The position numbers and the translations under genes are program-made. The notes under the pieces were generated by a model, which saw only the letters and a program-made list of their open reading frames with translations, ran no database searches and had not been told where the DNA came from. Shown one piece after another: positions 12,230 through 26,498 of a stretch of DNA of 64,000 nt. Each line of letters begins with the position of its first letter. Within the stretch, counting starts at the first letter, position 1. Source of the stretch: Eledone cirrhosa (Eukaryota); assembly GCA_964016885.1 (NCBI GenBank), contig OZ024740.1:78554001-78618000 (forward strand), in the 5' to 3' direction.

Positions 12230-15205
12230 CACCACTATTCTACACCACACCACTTCACACAACTCCACACTACTCCACACCACACCACTCCACACTACTC
12301 CACACCACACCACTCCACACCACTCCACTCCACACCACACCACTCCACACCACACCACACCACTCCACACCACACCACACCACTCCACACCATACCACAC
12401 CACACCACATCATTCCACACCACTCCACACCACACTACACCACACCACACTACACCACACCACTCCACACCACACCACACCACTCCACACCACTCCACAC
12501 TACTCCACACCACACCACACTACACCACACCACACCACACCACACCACACTACACCACACCACTCCACACCACACCACACCACACCACTCCACACTACTC
12601 CACACCACACCACACCACACCACTCCACACCACACCACACCACTACACACCATACCACACCACACCACATCATTCCACACCACACCACACCACACTACAC
12701 CACACCACACCACACCACACCACACTACACCACACCATACTACACTACACCACACCACACCACACTACAATACACCACACCACACCACACCACACCACAC
12801 CACACCACACCACACTACTCCACACCACACCACACTACACCACACCACACCACACTACACCACACTACACTACACCACACCACACTACACCACACTACAC
12901 TACACTACACTACACCACACCACTTACACCACAATACACCACACCACACCACTCCACACTACACTACTCCACACTACTCCACACCACACCACACTACACC
13001 ACACTACACCACACTACACCACACCACACTACACTACACCACACCACACCACACCACACTACTCCACACCACACTACACCACACCACACCACACTACTCC
13101 ACACCACACCACACCACACTACACCACACTACACCACACCACACCACTCCACACCACACCACACCACACTACTCCGCACTATATCACTCCACACCACACC
13201 ACACTACACCACACCACTCCACACCACACCACACTACTCCACACCACACCACTCCACACCACACCACTCTACACCACACTACACTACTCCACACCACACC
13301 ACACCACACCACTCCACACCACACTACATCTCTCCACACCACACCACACCACACTACCCTACACCACACCGCACTACTCCACACCACCCCACTCCACACC
13401 ACACTACTCCACGCTACAGCACTCCACACTACACCACACCACTCCACACTACACTACTCCACACCACTCCACACTACATCACTCCACACCACACCACTCG
13501 ACACTACACTACTCCACACCACTCCACACTACACCACACCACACCACTCTACTCCACACCACACCACTCCGCACTACATCACTCCACACCACACCACTCG
13601 ACACTACACTACTCCACACCACTCCACACCACACCACACCACTCCACACTACACCACTCCACACTACACCACTCCGCACTACATCACTCCACACCACTCC
13701 ACACTACACTACTCCACACCACACCACACCACATCACTCCACACTACACCACACCACACCATTCCACACCACACCACTCCACATCACACCACACTACTCA
13801 ACACCACACCACTCCACACTACACCACACCACTCCACACCACTCCACATTACTCCACACCACACCACTCCACACTACACTACTCCACACCACACAACACT
13901 ACTCCACACCACACCACACCACACCACACCACACCACTCCACACCACACCACACTACTCCACACCACACTACTCCACACCACACCACTCCACACTACACT
14001 ACTCCACACCACACCACACTACACCACAATACACCACACCACACCACACCACTCCACACTACACCACACCACACCACACCACTCCACACCACACCACACT
14101 ACTCCACACTATATCACTCCACACCATTCCACACCACACCACACTACTCCACACCACACTACACCACTCCACACCACACCACACTACTCCACACCACACT
14201 ACTCCACACCACACCACTCGACACTACACTACTCCACACCACTCCACACCACACCACACTACTCCACACCACACCACACTACACCACACCACACCACACC
14301 ACACCACACTACTCCACACCACACCACACCACACTACACCACACTACTCCACACCACACCACGCCACTCCACACTACACCACACCACTCCACACCACACC
14401 ACACTACTCCGCACTATATCACTCCACACCACACCACACTACACCACACCACTCCACACCACACCACACTACTCCACACCACTCCACACCACACCACTCC
14501 ACACCACACCACACTACTCCACACTACATCACTCCACACCACACCACACCACTCCACACCACACCACTCTACACCACACTACATTACTCCACACCACTCC
14601 ACACCACACTACATCTCTCCACACCACACCACACTACCCTACACCACACCACACTACTCCACACCACACCACTCCACACCACACTACTCCACGCTACAGC
14701 ACTCCACACTACACCACACCACACCACTCCACACTACACTACTCCACACCACACCACTCCACACCACACCACTCGACACTACACTACTCCACACCACTCC
14801 ACACTACACCACACCACACCACTCTACTCCACACCACACCACTCCGCACTACATCACTCCACACCACACCACTCGACACTACACTACTCCACACCACTCC
14901 ACACCACACCACTCCACACCACACCACTCCACACTACACCACTCCGCACTACATCACTCCACACCACTCCACACTACACTACTCCACACCACACCACACC
15001 ACATCACTCCACACTACACCACACCATTCCACACCACACCACTCCACATCACACCACACTACTCAACACCACACCACTCCACACTACACCACTCCACACC
15101 ACACCACTCCACACCACTCCACATTACTCCACACCACACCACTCCACTCTACACTACTCCACACCACACCACACCACTCCACACTACACCACACCACACC
15201 ACTCC
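12230..15205 (+). repeat. Pentamer satellite (CCACA/CTACA/CTCCA)n, C-rich orientation
   Basis: About 3 kb of 5-bp variants. The 1033-aa TPHH ORF is a by-product. Confidence 0.95.
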
Positions 15206-15247
15206 AGAACACTCTACACTAGTCCATATCATCACAAGCAGTCGAAA

Positions 15248-17345
15248 TTGTGGTGTTGGAACATGGTGTAGTGTTTGGTGTAGTGTTGGAATGGTGTGGT
15301 GTAGTGCTGTGTTGTAAGGTGTGGTGTGGTACTGTGTTGTGAGGTGTGGTGTGATGTAGTGTTGTGTGGTGTAGTGCAGGGTGGTGTAGTGTTGTGCAGT
15401 GTTGTGAGGTGTGGTGTAATGAAGTGTGGTGTAGTGTGGTGCAGTGTTGTGTTGTGTGGTGTAGTGCAGTGTGGGGTAGTGTGGTGCAGTGTTGTGAGGT
15501 GTGGTGTAATGAAGTGTGGTGTAATGTGGTGCAGTGTTGTGGTGTGTGGTGTAGTGCAGTGTGGTGTAGTGTGGTGCAGTGTTGTGAGGTGTGGTGTAAT
15601 GAAGTGTGGTGTAGTGTGGTGCAGTGTTGTGTTGTGCGGTGTAGTGCAGTGTGGGGTAGTGTGGTGCAGTGTTGTGAGGTGTGGTGTAATGAAGTGTGGT
15701 GTAGTGTGGTGCAGTGTTGTGTTGTGTGGTGTAGTGCAGTGTGGTGTAGTGTGGTGCAGTGTTGTGAGGTGTGGTGTAATGAAATGTGGTGTAGTGTGGT
15801 GCAGTGTTGTGGTGTGTGGTGTAGTGCAGTGTGGTGTAGTGTGGTGCAGTGTTGTGAGGTGTGGTGTAATGAAGTGTGGTGTAGTGTGGTGCAGTGTTGT
15901 GTTGTGCGGTGTAGTGCAGTGTGGGGTAGTGTGATGCAGTGTTGTGAGGTGTGGTGTAATGAAGTGTGGTGTAGTGTGGTGCAGTGTTGTGTTGTGCGGT
16001 GTAGTGCAGTGTGGGGTAGTGTGATGCAGTGTTGTGAGGTGTGGTGTAATGAAGTGTGGTGTAGTGTGGTGTGGTGTAGTGTTGTGAGGTGTGGTGTAAT
16101 GAAGTGTGGTGCAGTGTTGTGCAGTGTTGTGAGGTGTGGTGTAATGAAGTGTGGTGTAGTGTGGTGCAGTGTTGTGAGGTGTGGTGTAATGCAGTGTGGG
16201 GTAGTGTTGTGAGGTGTGGTGTAATGAAGTGTGGTGCAGTGTTGTGCAGTGTTGTGAGGTGTGGTGTAATGAAGTGTGGTGTAGTGTGGTGCAGTGTTGT
16301 GAGGTGTGGTGTAATGAAGTGTGGTGCAGTGTTGTGAGGTGTGGTGTAATGAAGTGTGGTGTAGTGTGGTGCAGTGTTGTGGTGTGTGGTGTAGTGAAGT
16401 GTGGTGCAGTGTTGTGAGGTGTGGTGTAATGAAGTGTGGTGTAGTGTGGTGCAGTGTTGTGGTGTGTGGTGTAGTGAAGTGTGGTGCAGTGTTGTGAGGT
16501 GTGGTGTAATGAAGTGTGGTGTAGTGTGGTGCAGTGTTGTGAGGTGTGGTGTAATGAAGTGTGGTGCAGTGTTGTGAGGTGTGGTGTAATGAAGTGTGGT
16601 GCAGTGTTGTGAGGTGTGGTGTAATGAAGTGTGGTGTAGTGTGGTGCAGTGTTGTGGTGTGTGGTGTAGTGAAGTGTGGTGCAGTGTTGTGAGGTGTGGT
16701 GTAATGAAGTGTGGTGTAGTGTGGTGCAGTGTTGTGGTGTGTGGTGTAGTGAAGTGTGGTGCAGTGTTGTGAGGTGTGGTGTAATGAAGTGTGGTGTAGT
16801 GTGGTGCAGTGTTGTGAGGTGTGGTGTAATGAAGTGTGGTGCAGTGTTGTGAGGTGTGGTGTAATGAAGTGTGGTGCAGTGTTGTGAGGTGTGGTGTAAT
16901 GAAGTGTGGTGTAGTGTGGTGCAGTGTTGTGGTGTGTGGTGTAGTGAAGTGTGGTGCAGTGTTGTGAGGTGTGGTGTAATGAAGTGTGGTGTAGTGTGGT
17001 GCAGTGTTGTGGTGTGTGGTGTAGTGAAGTGTGGTGCAGTGTTGTGAGGTGTGGTGTAATGAAGTGTGGTGTAGTGTGGTGCAGTGTTGTGAGGTGTGGT
17101 GTAATGAAGTGTGGTGCAGTGTTGTGAGGTGTGGTGTAATGAAGTGTAGTGTGGTGTGGTGTAGTGCAGTGTGGTATAGTGTGGTGTTATGTAGTGAAGT
17201 GTAGTGTGGTAGGTATGGGGCAATGTGGCAGGGTATGGGGTGGTGCGATGCAGTGTGGTATTGAAGGTGTGTTGTGTAGTGTGGTGGTATAGTGTGGTGT
17301 GGTGCAGTATGGTGTGGTGTTGGATAGTGTGATGGGGTGTGATAT
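15248..17345 (-). repeat. Same pentamer satellite in the opposite orientation (TGTGG/TGTAG/TGCAG)n with a 90-bp higher-order unit
   Basis: The GAGGT marker recurs at 15406, 15496, 15586... (90-bp period). Shorter variant units follow after ~16050. Confidence 0.95.
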
Positions 17346-18490
17346 AGGGTAGTGTTTTATGGTGATGGAGGCAACCATTACTTGGCTGCTCCACTAACTA
17401 GAAATTCACAAATGTCTTCACCAGACTACACTACACCACAGCACACCATATCAACACTACACCACACCATTCTAGCATACACCACCCAACCCTATACCAC
17501 ACACATCATACCACACCACACTATGCAACAACATACCATACCACACCATGCTACATTTCACAAATGTCTGCAAAGAGCAAAAGATGGGACTGTCATGGCT
17601 AGATTAATGCCTTTGATTATACGTCTGCTCAATCATGGATGACCTAGGGCTAAACAACAACAACCTCCTGAATGTACAATATCACTTATATCCCACCCTC
17701 AACTTCCAGCCTCTTCTCCACACTACCCAACATCTATTTTACCTACCTACATCCACCTTCCCCTCCACACCATTTTTCCATCCCCTAACGACTCACCCAT
17801 CACTATATAATTATGGTTTGTGATTAGAAGTCTGTTAATGTTTCATAAAATATAATCAGTAAAGAATAGGGACCATGTCTGAGTACTTTAATTGTAGGGT
17901 GTAAAACTATTGGAACACAATCTCTCTGATCTAGGTTTAATATCCAGTTGTTGTTATTTCACTTACACTGTAGTAGTGCCACAACAACAAAAGCACCCAG
18001 TCCACCATGTAAGGTAGTCATGCTGGTGCCACAATAAAAAGCACCCAGTCCACACTGTAATGTACTTGCCATTAGGAAGGGCATCCAGCTGTAGAAACCA
18101 AGCCAAAAGCAGATATATATATGAGCATAACATGATCACTTGACCTGACTTGCCTCATCGTATGATAACCCATGTAAATATGGAACACATATGTTAAACG
18201 GTGATGATGATGTAGATCTCTTTTGGAATAGCATGAACATCACAAAAACTCTCCCATATAGCATGTTGAAAATAGAATGCAGCCCTGCTGGAAACCTGAG
18301 ACAATTTCAAAGAGGTCAGATTCCACAATACTACTGTAAACCACAATGATTTGGTTGGCAAATTTGGTGACTCAAATTTGATCAGCAAAAAAAATGAACA
18401 TTGATCAAGCTCATTTTGAAATCTTCATGGGAAAATGATAGTGAATATTTTGGACAAAATATCTATCAGGTCATATCTATATATATATAT

Positions 18491-21250
18491 AAGCTAAAGG
18501 ACCCCATAGCCAGAAATAAATTTCAAAGCATATTACTTGACGCTTTCGACAGTAAGGAAGAGCAATTAGAGTCGTATAATATAGAGGAACAGTGGGAATT
18601 CCTGAGAGCAAACCTGCTGACGGCGGCAGACGAAGTCTGTGGCTGGAGCAGGCCTGTAGGTAGGAGGAGAGTAACATGGTGGTGGAACAGTAAGGTGGAG
18701 GAGTCAATTAAGGCCAAAAAGCAGGCTTGGAAAGCATGGCGGGATGGGGGAAGTAGAGAAGACTATCAGGTAGCCAGGAGGGAAGCTAGGAGACAAGTGT
18801 ACTTCGCAAGAAGGGAAGCAGAGGAAAGAAAGTTCAAGCATGTTCTACAACGTGAGGACCAAAAACGTGAGGTGTTCAGGATTGCCAGGCAATGTGTCAA
18901 GGAAAACCGTGATATTGTCGGGGAGAAGTGTGTGCTTAACGATGATGGCATACTTGCCATCACCGACGCTGATAAGAAGGTAGCTTGGAAGTGTCACTAC
19001 GAAAGGCTTCTAAATGAGGAGAACAAATGGGAGAAAGACAGTCTCCCCCACATCGACCCAATAGAGGGACCAGCAGTGTTAGTCCAGGGTAGTACAATAA
19101 GCAAGGCAATCAAAGATATGAAGACGGGTAAGGCGGCTGGTCCTTCGGAAATAGTTGCTGAGATGCTGAAGGCATCTGGTTCGGTGGGACACACCATGGT
19201 CACCCGGATAGTTAACCAAGTCGTACAGAATGGGGTTGTTCCGAAGGACTGGCGTAGCAGCATCATCGTTAACTGCTATAAGGGAAAAGGAGATGCCCTA
19301 GATAGGAGTAACTATAGAGGCATTAAATTAATTGACTAGGTCATGAAGGTCATGGAAAAAGTAATAGCGCAACTAATCAGAGAGAGAATTGATCTAGATG
19401 AAATGCAGTTCGGGTTTGTGTCAGGCAAAAGTACCACAGACGCTCTTTTCATTGTACGACAACTACAGGAGAAGTACCTAGCTAAAAGTAAACCCCTATA
19501 CTTAGCTTTCGTCGACTTGGAGAAAGCCTTCGACAGAGTCCCCCGTTCCATTATCTGGTGGTCTCTTAGAAAACTAGGTGTTGACGAATGGCTTGTGAGA
19601 GCTATACAAGCCATGTATAAAGAAACAGTCAGTAAGGTTAGAATTAACAACGAATATAGTGAAGAGTTTAGCGTAAAAGTTGGTGTCCATCAGGGCTCTG
19701 TTCTTAGCCCCCTACTATTTATTATTGCCCTTCAGGCTATAACAGAGGAGTTCAAGACCGGCTGCCCATGGGAACTCCTATACGCAGATGATCTAACGCT
19801 CATAGCTGAATCAATGACCGAACTAGAGAAGAAATTCCAAACATGGAAGCACGGCCTAGAATCAAAAGGCCTTAAAATTAACCTGGCTAAGACTAAAGTT
19901 CTAGTTTGTAGGAAAGAAAATATGGCGGCAGTCCCATCTGGGAAATGGCCATGCTCAGTGTGTAGGAAAGGCGTAGGTAGAAACTCCATTTTATGTCCCA
20001 AATGCAAAGTATGGGTGCATAAAAGATGTAGTGGGATCACAGGTAAGCTAACTAAGAACATAGATTTTACATGTGGCAGGTGCTCTGGTGCAATAAGTAG
20101 CAGCAAGTGCCCACAAAATACTAGCTCCTTCAACTGCGCAGAGGGTTCTATAGAAATAGTGGACAGCTTCCGTTACCTGGGTGACAAAATCAGCAGTGGG
20201 GGAGGGTGCTCTGAAAGTACAGTAGCTAGAGTCAGAACTGGATGGAAAAAGTTCAGAGAGCTTATACCACTATTAGCCGCTAGAGGGTTCTCCCTAAAAA
20301 TGAAAGGCAGGTTATACGATGCCTGCATACGAACAGCAATGCTGCATGGCAGTGAGACCTGGGCATTGTGTGCAGAGGATATACGCAGACTAGAGAGGAA
20401 CGAAGCTTGCATGCTCCGCTGGATGTGCAATAGTAATATACGTGAACGGCAAAGCATAAACGAACTAAGGAAAAAATTAGAAAGAAGAGGGATCAGATGT
20501 TGTTTACTCGAGAGAAGGCTACGTTGGTACGGTCACGTGATGCGCATGAAAGACGACAGCTGTATAACAAAGTGCAGGGCAATAAAGATAGACGGTAGCC
20601 ACGGAGTAGGCAGACCCAGAAAAACATGGGACGAGCTGATAAATTCCGACCTCACACGCTTACACCTCTCCAAGACAATGTCACTGGACCGAGACCTTTG
20701 GCGGTACTCAGTAATAGAGAAGACCCGCCTTACCTAAATACAAAGTAAAAACCTACTACAGTCAGTAGGCATCTCTATCAAAACACCCCCCCGTCCCACC
20801 ACCTCCACCCCATCCACACCGCCCCTTTCAATGTACAGTTATGTTGGTCCCACAACATCCAGGCCGAAACAAATGAGATCGTGTAGGTGTCACGACAAAA
20901 AACACACAGTCCACGCTGTAAATGTGGCCGTGTAGGCAACACGGTAAAAACCTCCCAGCCCCACACTGTAAATGTGGTTGGTGTTAGGAAGGGCATCCAG
21001 CTGTAGAAAACCCGCCAGACAGTCCACGCTGTAATGTGGCCGTGTAGGCAACACGGTAAAAACCTCCCAGCCCCACACTGTAAATGTGGTTGGTGTTAGG
21101 AAGGGCATCCAACTGTAGAAAACCCGCCAGACAGTCCTATGCGAGCAAGACAATCACTCTTGCCTCAAGTGGGAAAACCCCCGTCCAAACCCATGCAAGC
21201 GTGGAACACGGACGCTAAACCTGATGATGATGGTGATGATGATGATGATG
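18491..21250 (+). mobile_element. 5'-truncated RTE-clade LINE; ORF2 (RT) split by a premature TAG at 19337-19339; (GAT)n tail
   Basis: ORFs 18401-19339 and 19343-20737: NYRGIKL, QFGF, AFVDLEKAFDRVP, GVHQGSVLSPLLF, LLYADD, FRYLG, RRLRWYGHVMR, GRPRKTW. Begins at a (TA)n tract. A ~113-bp tandem duplication lies in the 3' UTR (20906-21130). Confidence 0.95.
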
Positions 21251-21566
21251 TGTGTGTGTGTATGGAAAGTAGATGTTAATCAGTGATGATGATGATGATG
21301 ATGATGATATGATATTATGTCTTTTTCCATACTTACATAGATTAGACAAAATATTATAAGCTGTACGCATGTTTTTTGGCAGGGTTTTTCTGGCTGGATA
21401 GTCTTCCTATCTCCAGCCATTTTTCAGCACTAGAGAGGTTGCCAGACAGGATCTAAAAGTCCTCTCCACCTTGTATTAGTTTTTATTCACAGAAACTGCT
21501 CTGCTAGATGGATTGCCTTTGCTAATGCTTAAGGGGCTTATGCTTACCCATGCAGTTCAATTGTGA

Positions 21567-21622
21567 AGAAGAAGAAGAAGAAGAAGAAGAAGAAGAAGAA
21601 GAAGAAGAAGAAGAAGAAGAAG
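21567..21622. repeat. (GAA)n microsatellite
   Basis: Directly visible. Confidence 0.95.
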
Positions 21623-21969
21623 ATTCAAAGTATAGATTAATAAGCCAAAATATTTCAATTTTACTCAACAATATTCCAAAATATACCAAGATGAAACTGA
21701 AACCTTATCTTACGAAGAGGTAATTATTATCACCAACACTACCACCGCTACCACTACTACTACCACCACGAGTACTGCCACCACCACCAGTACTACTATC
21801 ACAATCATCCCTCATCTTTATTGTCATCACCACCACCACCACCACGACCACTACAATCAACACCATCACTTCCAGTATCACCGCCATCATCATCCTCATT
21901 GTCATTACCACTTCCGCCACCACCACAAAAACCACTACCACCACCACTATCGCTACTACCACTAGCACC

Positions 21970-22092
21970 ATTATAAGAACAGGATGGAAGAAGTTCAGGG
22001 AGCTGGTACCGCTGCTAATAACTAAGGGGGCTTTTCTCTCAGAGTGAAGGGTAGATAGTTTGATGCCTGCATACAGACTGTAATGCTACATA
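21970..22092 (+). mobile_element. Short RTE ORF2 fragment
   Basis: IRTGWKKFRELVPLLITKG..FSLRVKGR*FDACIQTVMLH, homologous to the 20230-20350 region. Confidence 0.75.
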
Positions 22093-22400
22093 TGTGTGTA
22101 TGTATATATATATATATGTGTGTGTGTGTTTGTGTGTGTATTCATGTATGTATGTATTTATGCACAAATTTATGTATGTATGTACATATTTATGTATGTA
22201 TGTATGTACGTATGCATGTATGTATGTACGTATTTATGTATGTATGTACACATATATGTATGTATGTACGTATGTATTTGTTTGTATGTATGTACATATA
22301 TATGTATGTATTTATGTGTATGTATATATGTATGTGTGTATGTATATATGTATGTGTGTATGTATATATGTATGTATATATGCATGTGTGTATGTAAATA
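22092..22400. repeat. (TATG)n/(TG)n microsatellite
   Basis: Directly visible. Confidence 0.95.
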
Positions 22401-23265
22401 CATACACAAACAGACATATATCAATGATGGTGGGTCTGTAAGACAGCAGCTCCATTTTTTTTTCTAAGGACATTCTCTTACACACACAAAAAAAAACTAG
22501 GTGTATTTTACTATTTCCCTGTTAAGTTATTCATGTAAGTGTGTCGTGGGTGTGGTGTAGTAGGTAGGCGAGTGAGGGTAGCCATCTTTTATGTTTGGCA
22601 TTGATATAGAAGTGTAGGCGTGGTGGTGGATGGTGTGAGGTGGGCGGCAATGTCTAGGCATCTCTGCCAGAAACAAAGCAATAACTATTTTGGTTTCTGT
22701 CATATTATATTAATAGTGCAGGCATTAGTCCAATGCTACCGAATTTCAACACTACACAATATCGAGTCGGAAATGGAGCCTATATGAGGTCAGTTGATCT
22801 GCTAAAACTAGCAGCCAAATTTCTCTTAACCCTTTAGCATTTAAACTGGTTGTATTTGGCCAGAATTCTCTCACCTCTTTCTGTTCAAACCAGCCATAAC
22901 CTGCCACTTATACCAATGTTAAGGTATTATTCTCAAAATAAATAACATCAAAATTTCATAGATTCGATATTATTTTGGTTAATTATGTGAGATAACATAA
23001 TAATAACTTAAAAAATAACACATTGCACAATGTAGTTTTAGATATCCAAAATGATTGGACGGTCATGGCTGGATTGCTTCAGATCATCGGTCTACTTGAT
23101 CAACAACAACTATTAATGCCATAAATTATAGCCATAGCCACTATTATCATTACTCCTTACAGTGCTATCACTACCATTACCACCACCAGGTGCATTTAAA
23201 ACATGGAATTTAAAATACCATGTTTTGGATGCACATTGCTTTGAATCCTTTATTATTCTTGATTA

Positions 23266-23450
23266 TGGTGATTTGGTAGTATCAGTAGAGCGTCGGACAT
23301 GCTTTCCAGCATAGTTATGTCCCTTTACGATCTGAGTTCAAATCCGGCCGAGGTTAACTTTGCCTTTCATCCTTACGGGGGTTGATAAAATAAAGTACCA
23401 GTAATGTACTGGGTAATTGCTGGCCTTGTGCCTAAAATAGAAACAATTAT
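23266..23450 (+). mobile_element. SINE family A
   Basis: Homology to 5764-5985. Confidence 0.85.
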
Positions 23451-23786
23451 TTGTCTTATGATATTAATCAATTTATTGTTATTTTTTTCATTATATATAT
23501 TTCCTGAAGAGATACAATTTGAGTAGAGCATCCATAATGGAGTAAATAAATAACTAGTATTATCTAGTTTTCTCCACAAATGAATGGGATATTCTAGCCA
23601 CATTGAAACGCCTGTAGCGGTGTAGAAATAAGAATAATACTAATCCTTGGTTTTCTTGAATTTTGAATTGTAAATGCACTGCTACTGGAGCTGCTCTTTA
23701 TTCATCCAGTTTTCTTTAAGCTCTCAAAGAAGGAAAGGCTGAAAAAAGTGCATCAAGCTTATCTCATCTTACCAATGAAAATAATG

Positions 23787-24090
23787 AAGCATTGTCTGGA
23801 TGCCCTTCCTAACACCAACCTCATTTACAGTGAGTGCTGGGTGCTTTTTTTTCCGTGGCACCTACACGTCCACTTTACAGTGCGGGCTGGGTGCTTTTTT
23901 GCCGTGGCACCTTTGCAGTGGAATGATAAGGCTCCAGTCCTATCATTCATTTCTACAGCTGAGTAAACTGGAACAATGTGAAATAAAGTGACTTGTTCAA
24001 GGAAACAACACATCACCCGGTCCAAGAATTGAGCTCACAACCTTTCGATTGCAAGCCCAATGCTCTAACCACTAAGCCATGCGCCTTCAC
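23787..24090 (-). mobile_element. SINE family B (tRNA head, central core, RTE-shared 3' region)
   Basis: Reverse complement of 33471-33770. Confidence 0.8.
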
Positions 24091-24092
24091 AC

Positions 24093-24795
24093 ATCATCAT
24101 CACCGTTTTACGTCCGTTCTTCCATGCTAACATGGGTTAGACGGGTTGTCCTGTTGTGGGCAGGGTCCGGTCGGCTGACCATGCCTTGCTCATATGGGAA
24201 CTGATTCTGGCTTGATTTCTACAGCTGGAGAAATCAAATGCTGTGTGCAGGAGAGGCAGTTGTGTTGGTATGGACATGTGATGCGTATGAAGGATGACAG
24301 CTGCATAAAAAGGTGCAGAGCACTAGAAGTCGATGGAAACCGCGGAGTGCGGAGACCCAAGAAGACCTGGGATGAGGTGATAAAAGCCAACCATACCCAA
24401 TTACACCTCTCAAAGGCGATGACACATGACCATGACCTCTGGTGTCACGCAGTAATACAGAAGACCCCCCCCCCTCCGGGTACAAGCTGAAGCATATAGA
24501 CAATATGCCCCCACACCCTCCCACTGCAAAGTGGTTGTGGAGGTGCCACGGCAAAAAAGCACCCAGCCCACACTGTAAAGTGGACGTGTAAGCGCCACGG
24601 AAAAAAGCACCCAGCACTCACTGTAAATGAGGTTGGTGTTAGGAAGGGCATCCAGTTGTAGAAATCAAGCCAGAATCAGTTTCCGTATGAGCAAGACATG
24701 GTCAGCAGACCGGACACTGCCCACAACAGGACAACCCGTCTAACCCATGCTAGCGTGGAAGAACGGATGTAAAACGGTGATCATGATGATGATGA
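24093..24795 (+). mobile_element. RTE 3' fragment (24230-24795, +) preceded by an inverted RTE 3' tail (24093-24229, -)
   Basis: CCVQERQLCWYGHVMRMKDDSCIKRC..RRPKKTW. Both ends terminate in (GAT)n tails facing outward. Confidence 0.85.
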
Positions 24796-24831
24796 TTATC
24801 ATCATCATCATCATATACATATATATATATA

Positions 24832-25533
24832 CTTGGCATGGCAATAAAGTCCTTAGAATAACCCTTTAAAATGAAAATGCACAACATATTGAAACTAAAA
24901 TTTATTTATTCTTCAAAAGATAATCACCATTCAATGCAATAACACCTTTACAGTGCTGATGCAAAGCATTTAACTCTTTCTGGGACTGTTCATTCAGTAA
25001 TTGTCAAAACCAGTGCAGCAATTCATCACCCACCTCTTCTAATGAAGTGAAAACAAATTTACTTTGTTTATTCCAGTAACATGTGCAATGCAACACAATG
25101 ATTGTTTTGGTTCTGCATCAATGATACTTTGAATGGGCTGAACGTTGGCATGAATAGTGGTTGTGCAAAGATAGCCAGAATGAGGAGCATCAATAAGTGA
25201 TGATCTTCTGCCATCTTTGAAGTGTTTCACCCAATGATAAATGGTTGAATTTGCTGGAACGTTGTTAATTCCACTCTTCTTCAATTGTGCAATAATAGTT
25301 GTTGCTGATTTGCCTCGTTTCCATTCAAAGAGAACATATACTCTAAAATTTTCTTGACTTCAATCCATTCTATGCGTGTATAACTCACAACAATGACAAC
25401 AAAATAATTATGCATGGGCCTGTGACAAAATACAACATTCATACAGAATATCACACATGTACAACAAAGTTCAAGTTCCAACTAATATCAACTACATTTA
25501 CTGCTATTCTAAAGACTTTATTGCCACACCAAG
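24832..25533 (-). mobile_element. Non-autonomous mariner deletion derivative
   Basis: ~30-bp TIRs CTTGGCATGGCAATAAAGTCCTTAGAATA / TATTCTAAAGACTTTATTGCCACACCAAG with TA flanks. Remnant HTH STIYHWVKHFKDGRRSSLIDAPHSG (25039-25284). Confidence 0.85.
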
Positions 25534-26498
25534 TATATATATATATATATATATGTTATACACGTATATGTACATATATACATGGTGGCTGCCAACTCGT
25601 TTTCGAGTACGGCCACTACTTTATATCCATGTAGGAGAACCCCTACCGATGCGCTGAACGAGTGTGACTTTTTAGTCCAGCCAGCGACTTGAAAACTCTG
25701 GTACAAACACTACACCTGTGACAATTATTGACACATAGTGCTGGGCCCATGGTACCATGTGACGACAAGTGCAGAGAGATCTCCAGATATAAAGCAATGC
25801 CTGTGCCGTGAAGCTTTTATAGTGAGCAAAGGCACTGCACAAAGCCAGTCCCACTCTCTTAACCAAGATGATATTTACCAAAAAGAAGAACAAGTCAACA
25901 TCATTGGATACCATCAGGGTTGCAGGTGTTATGTCCATACATACATAGATACATACATACTCACAGATATTCATGCATACATACATACACACATGCATAC
26001 ATACATACATACATGCACCATACTCTCCTTTGCTGACTCCACTTCTCCACTCTAACAACCACCACCATATCAATACTATCACAACCCCACTATCACCACA
26101 CCACAGCATATCCCCCCATCACAGCCTTCCACCAATGACTTTCCCTGTTAAGCTCTAGTCCTGTTCTCCTATTTCACTCATTTTTTTTCCTCTTTTCAGT
26201 TTTCAAAAAAAGCAATAAATAAATAAATAAATAATAATAATAATACACAACAATAAAAACAACATATTTACGGAATTCTAATACACAAATTAGTTTGGAA
26301 AATGTTTTCACGAAATTTAAACTATGTTTTCTGATATGAAATCTTTCTGTAGTCTAAATCAAAACTAGGTTTGTTTTTTTTCTTCTTTTGATATACTTTG
26401 TCTTGTCTGATACATTTACCATACAGCTAACATCTTTCTCCTTTTGTTGTTCCTGTTGTTATGAATTTATTATTATTATCATTATTATTATTATTATT

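Noticed and set aside
12170-17394. 1033-aa and 720-aa His/Thr/Pro-rich ORFs
   Set aside because: The C-rich strand of the pentamer satellite lacks stop codons. There is no coding or splice evidence.
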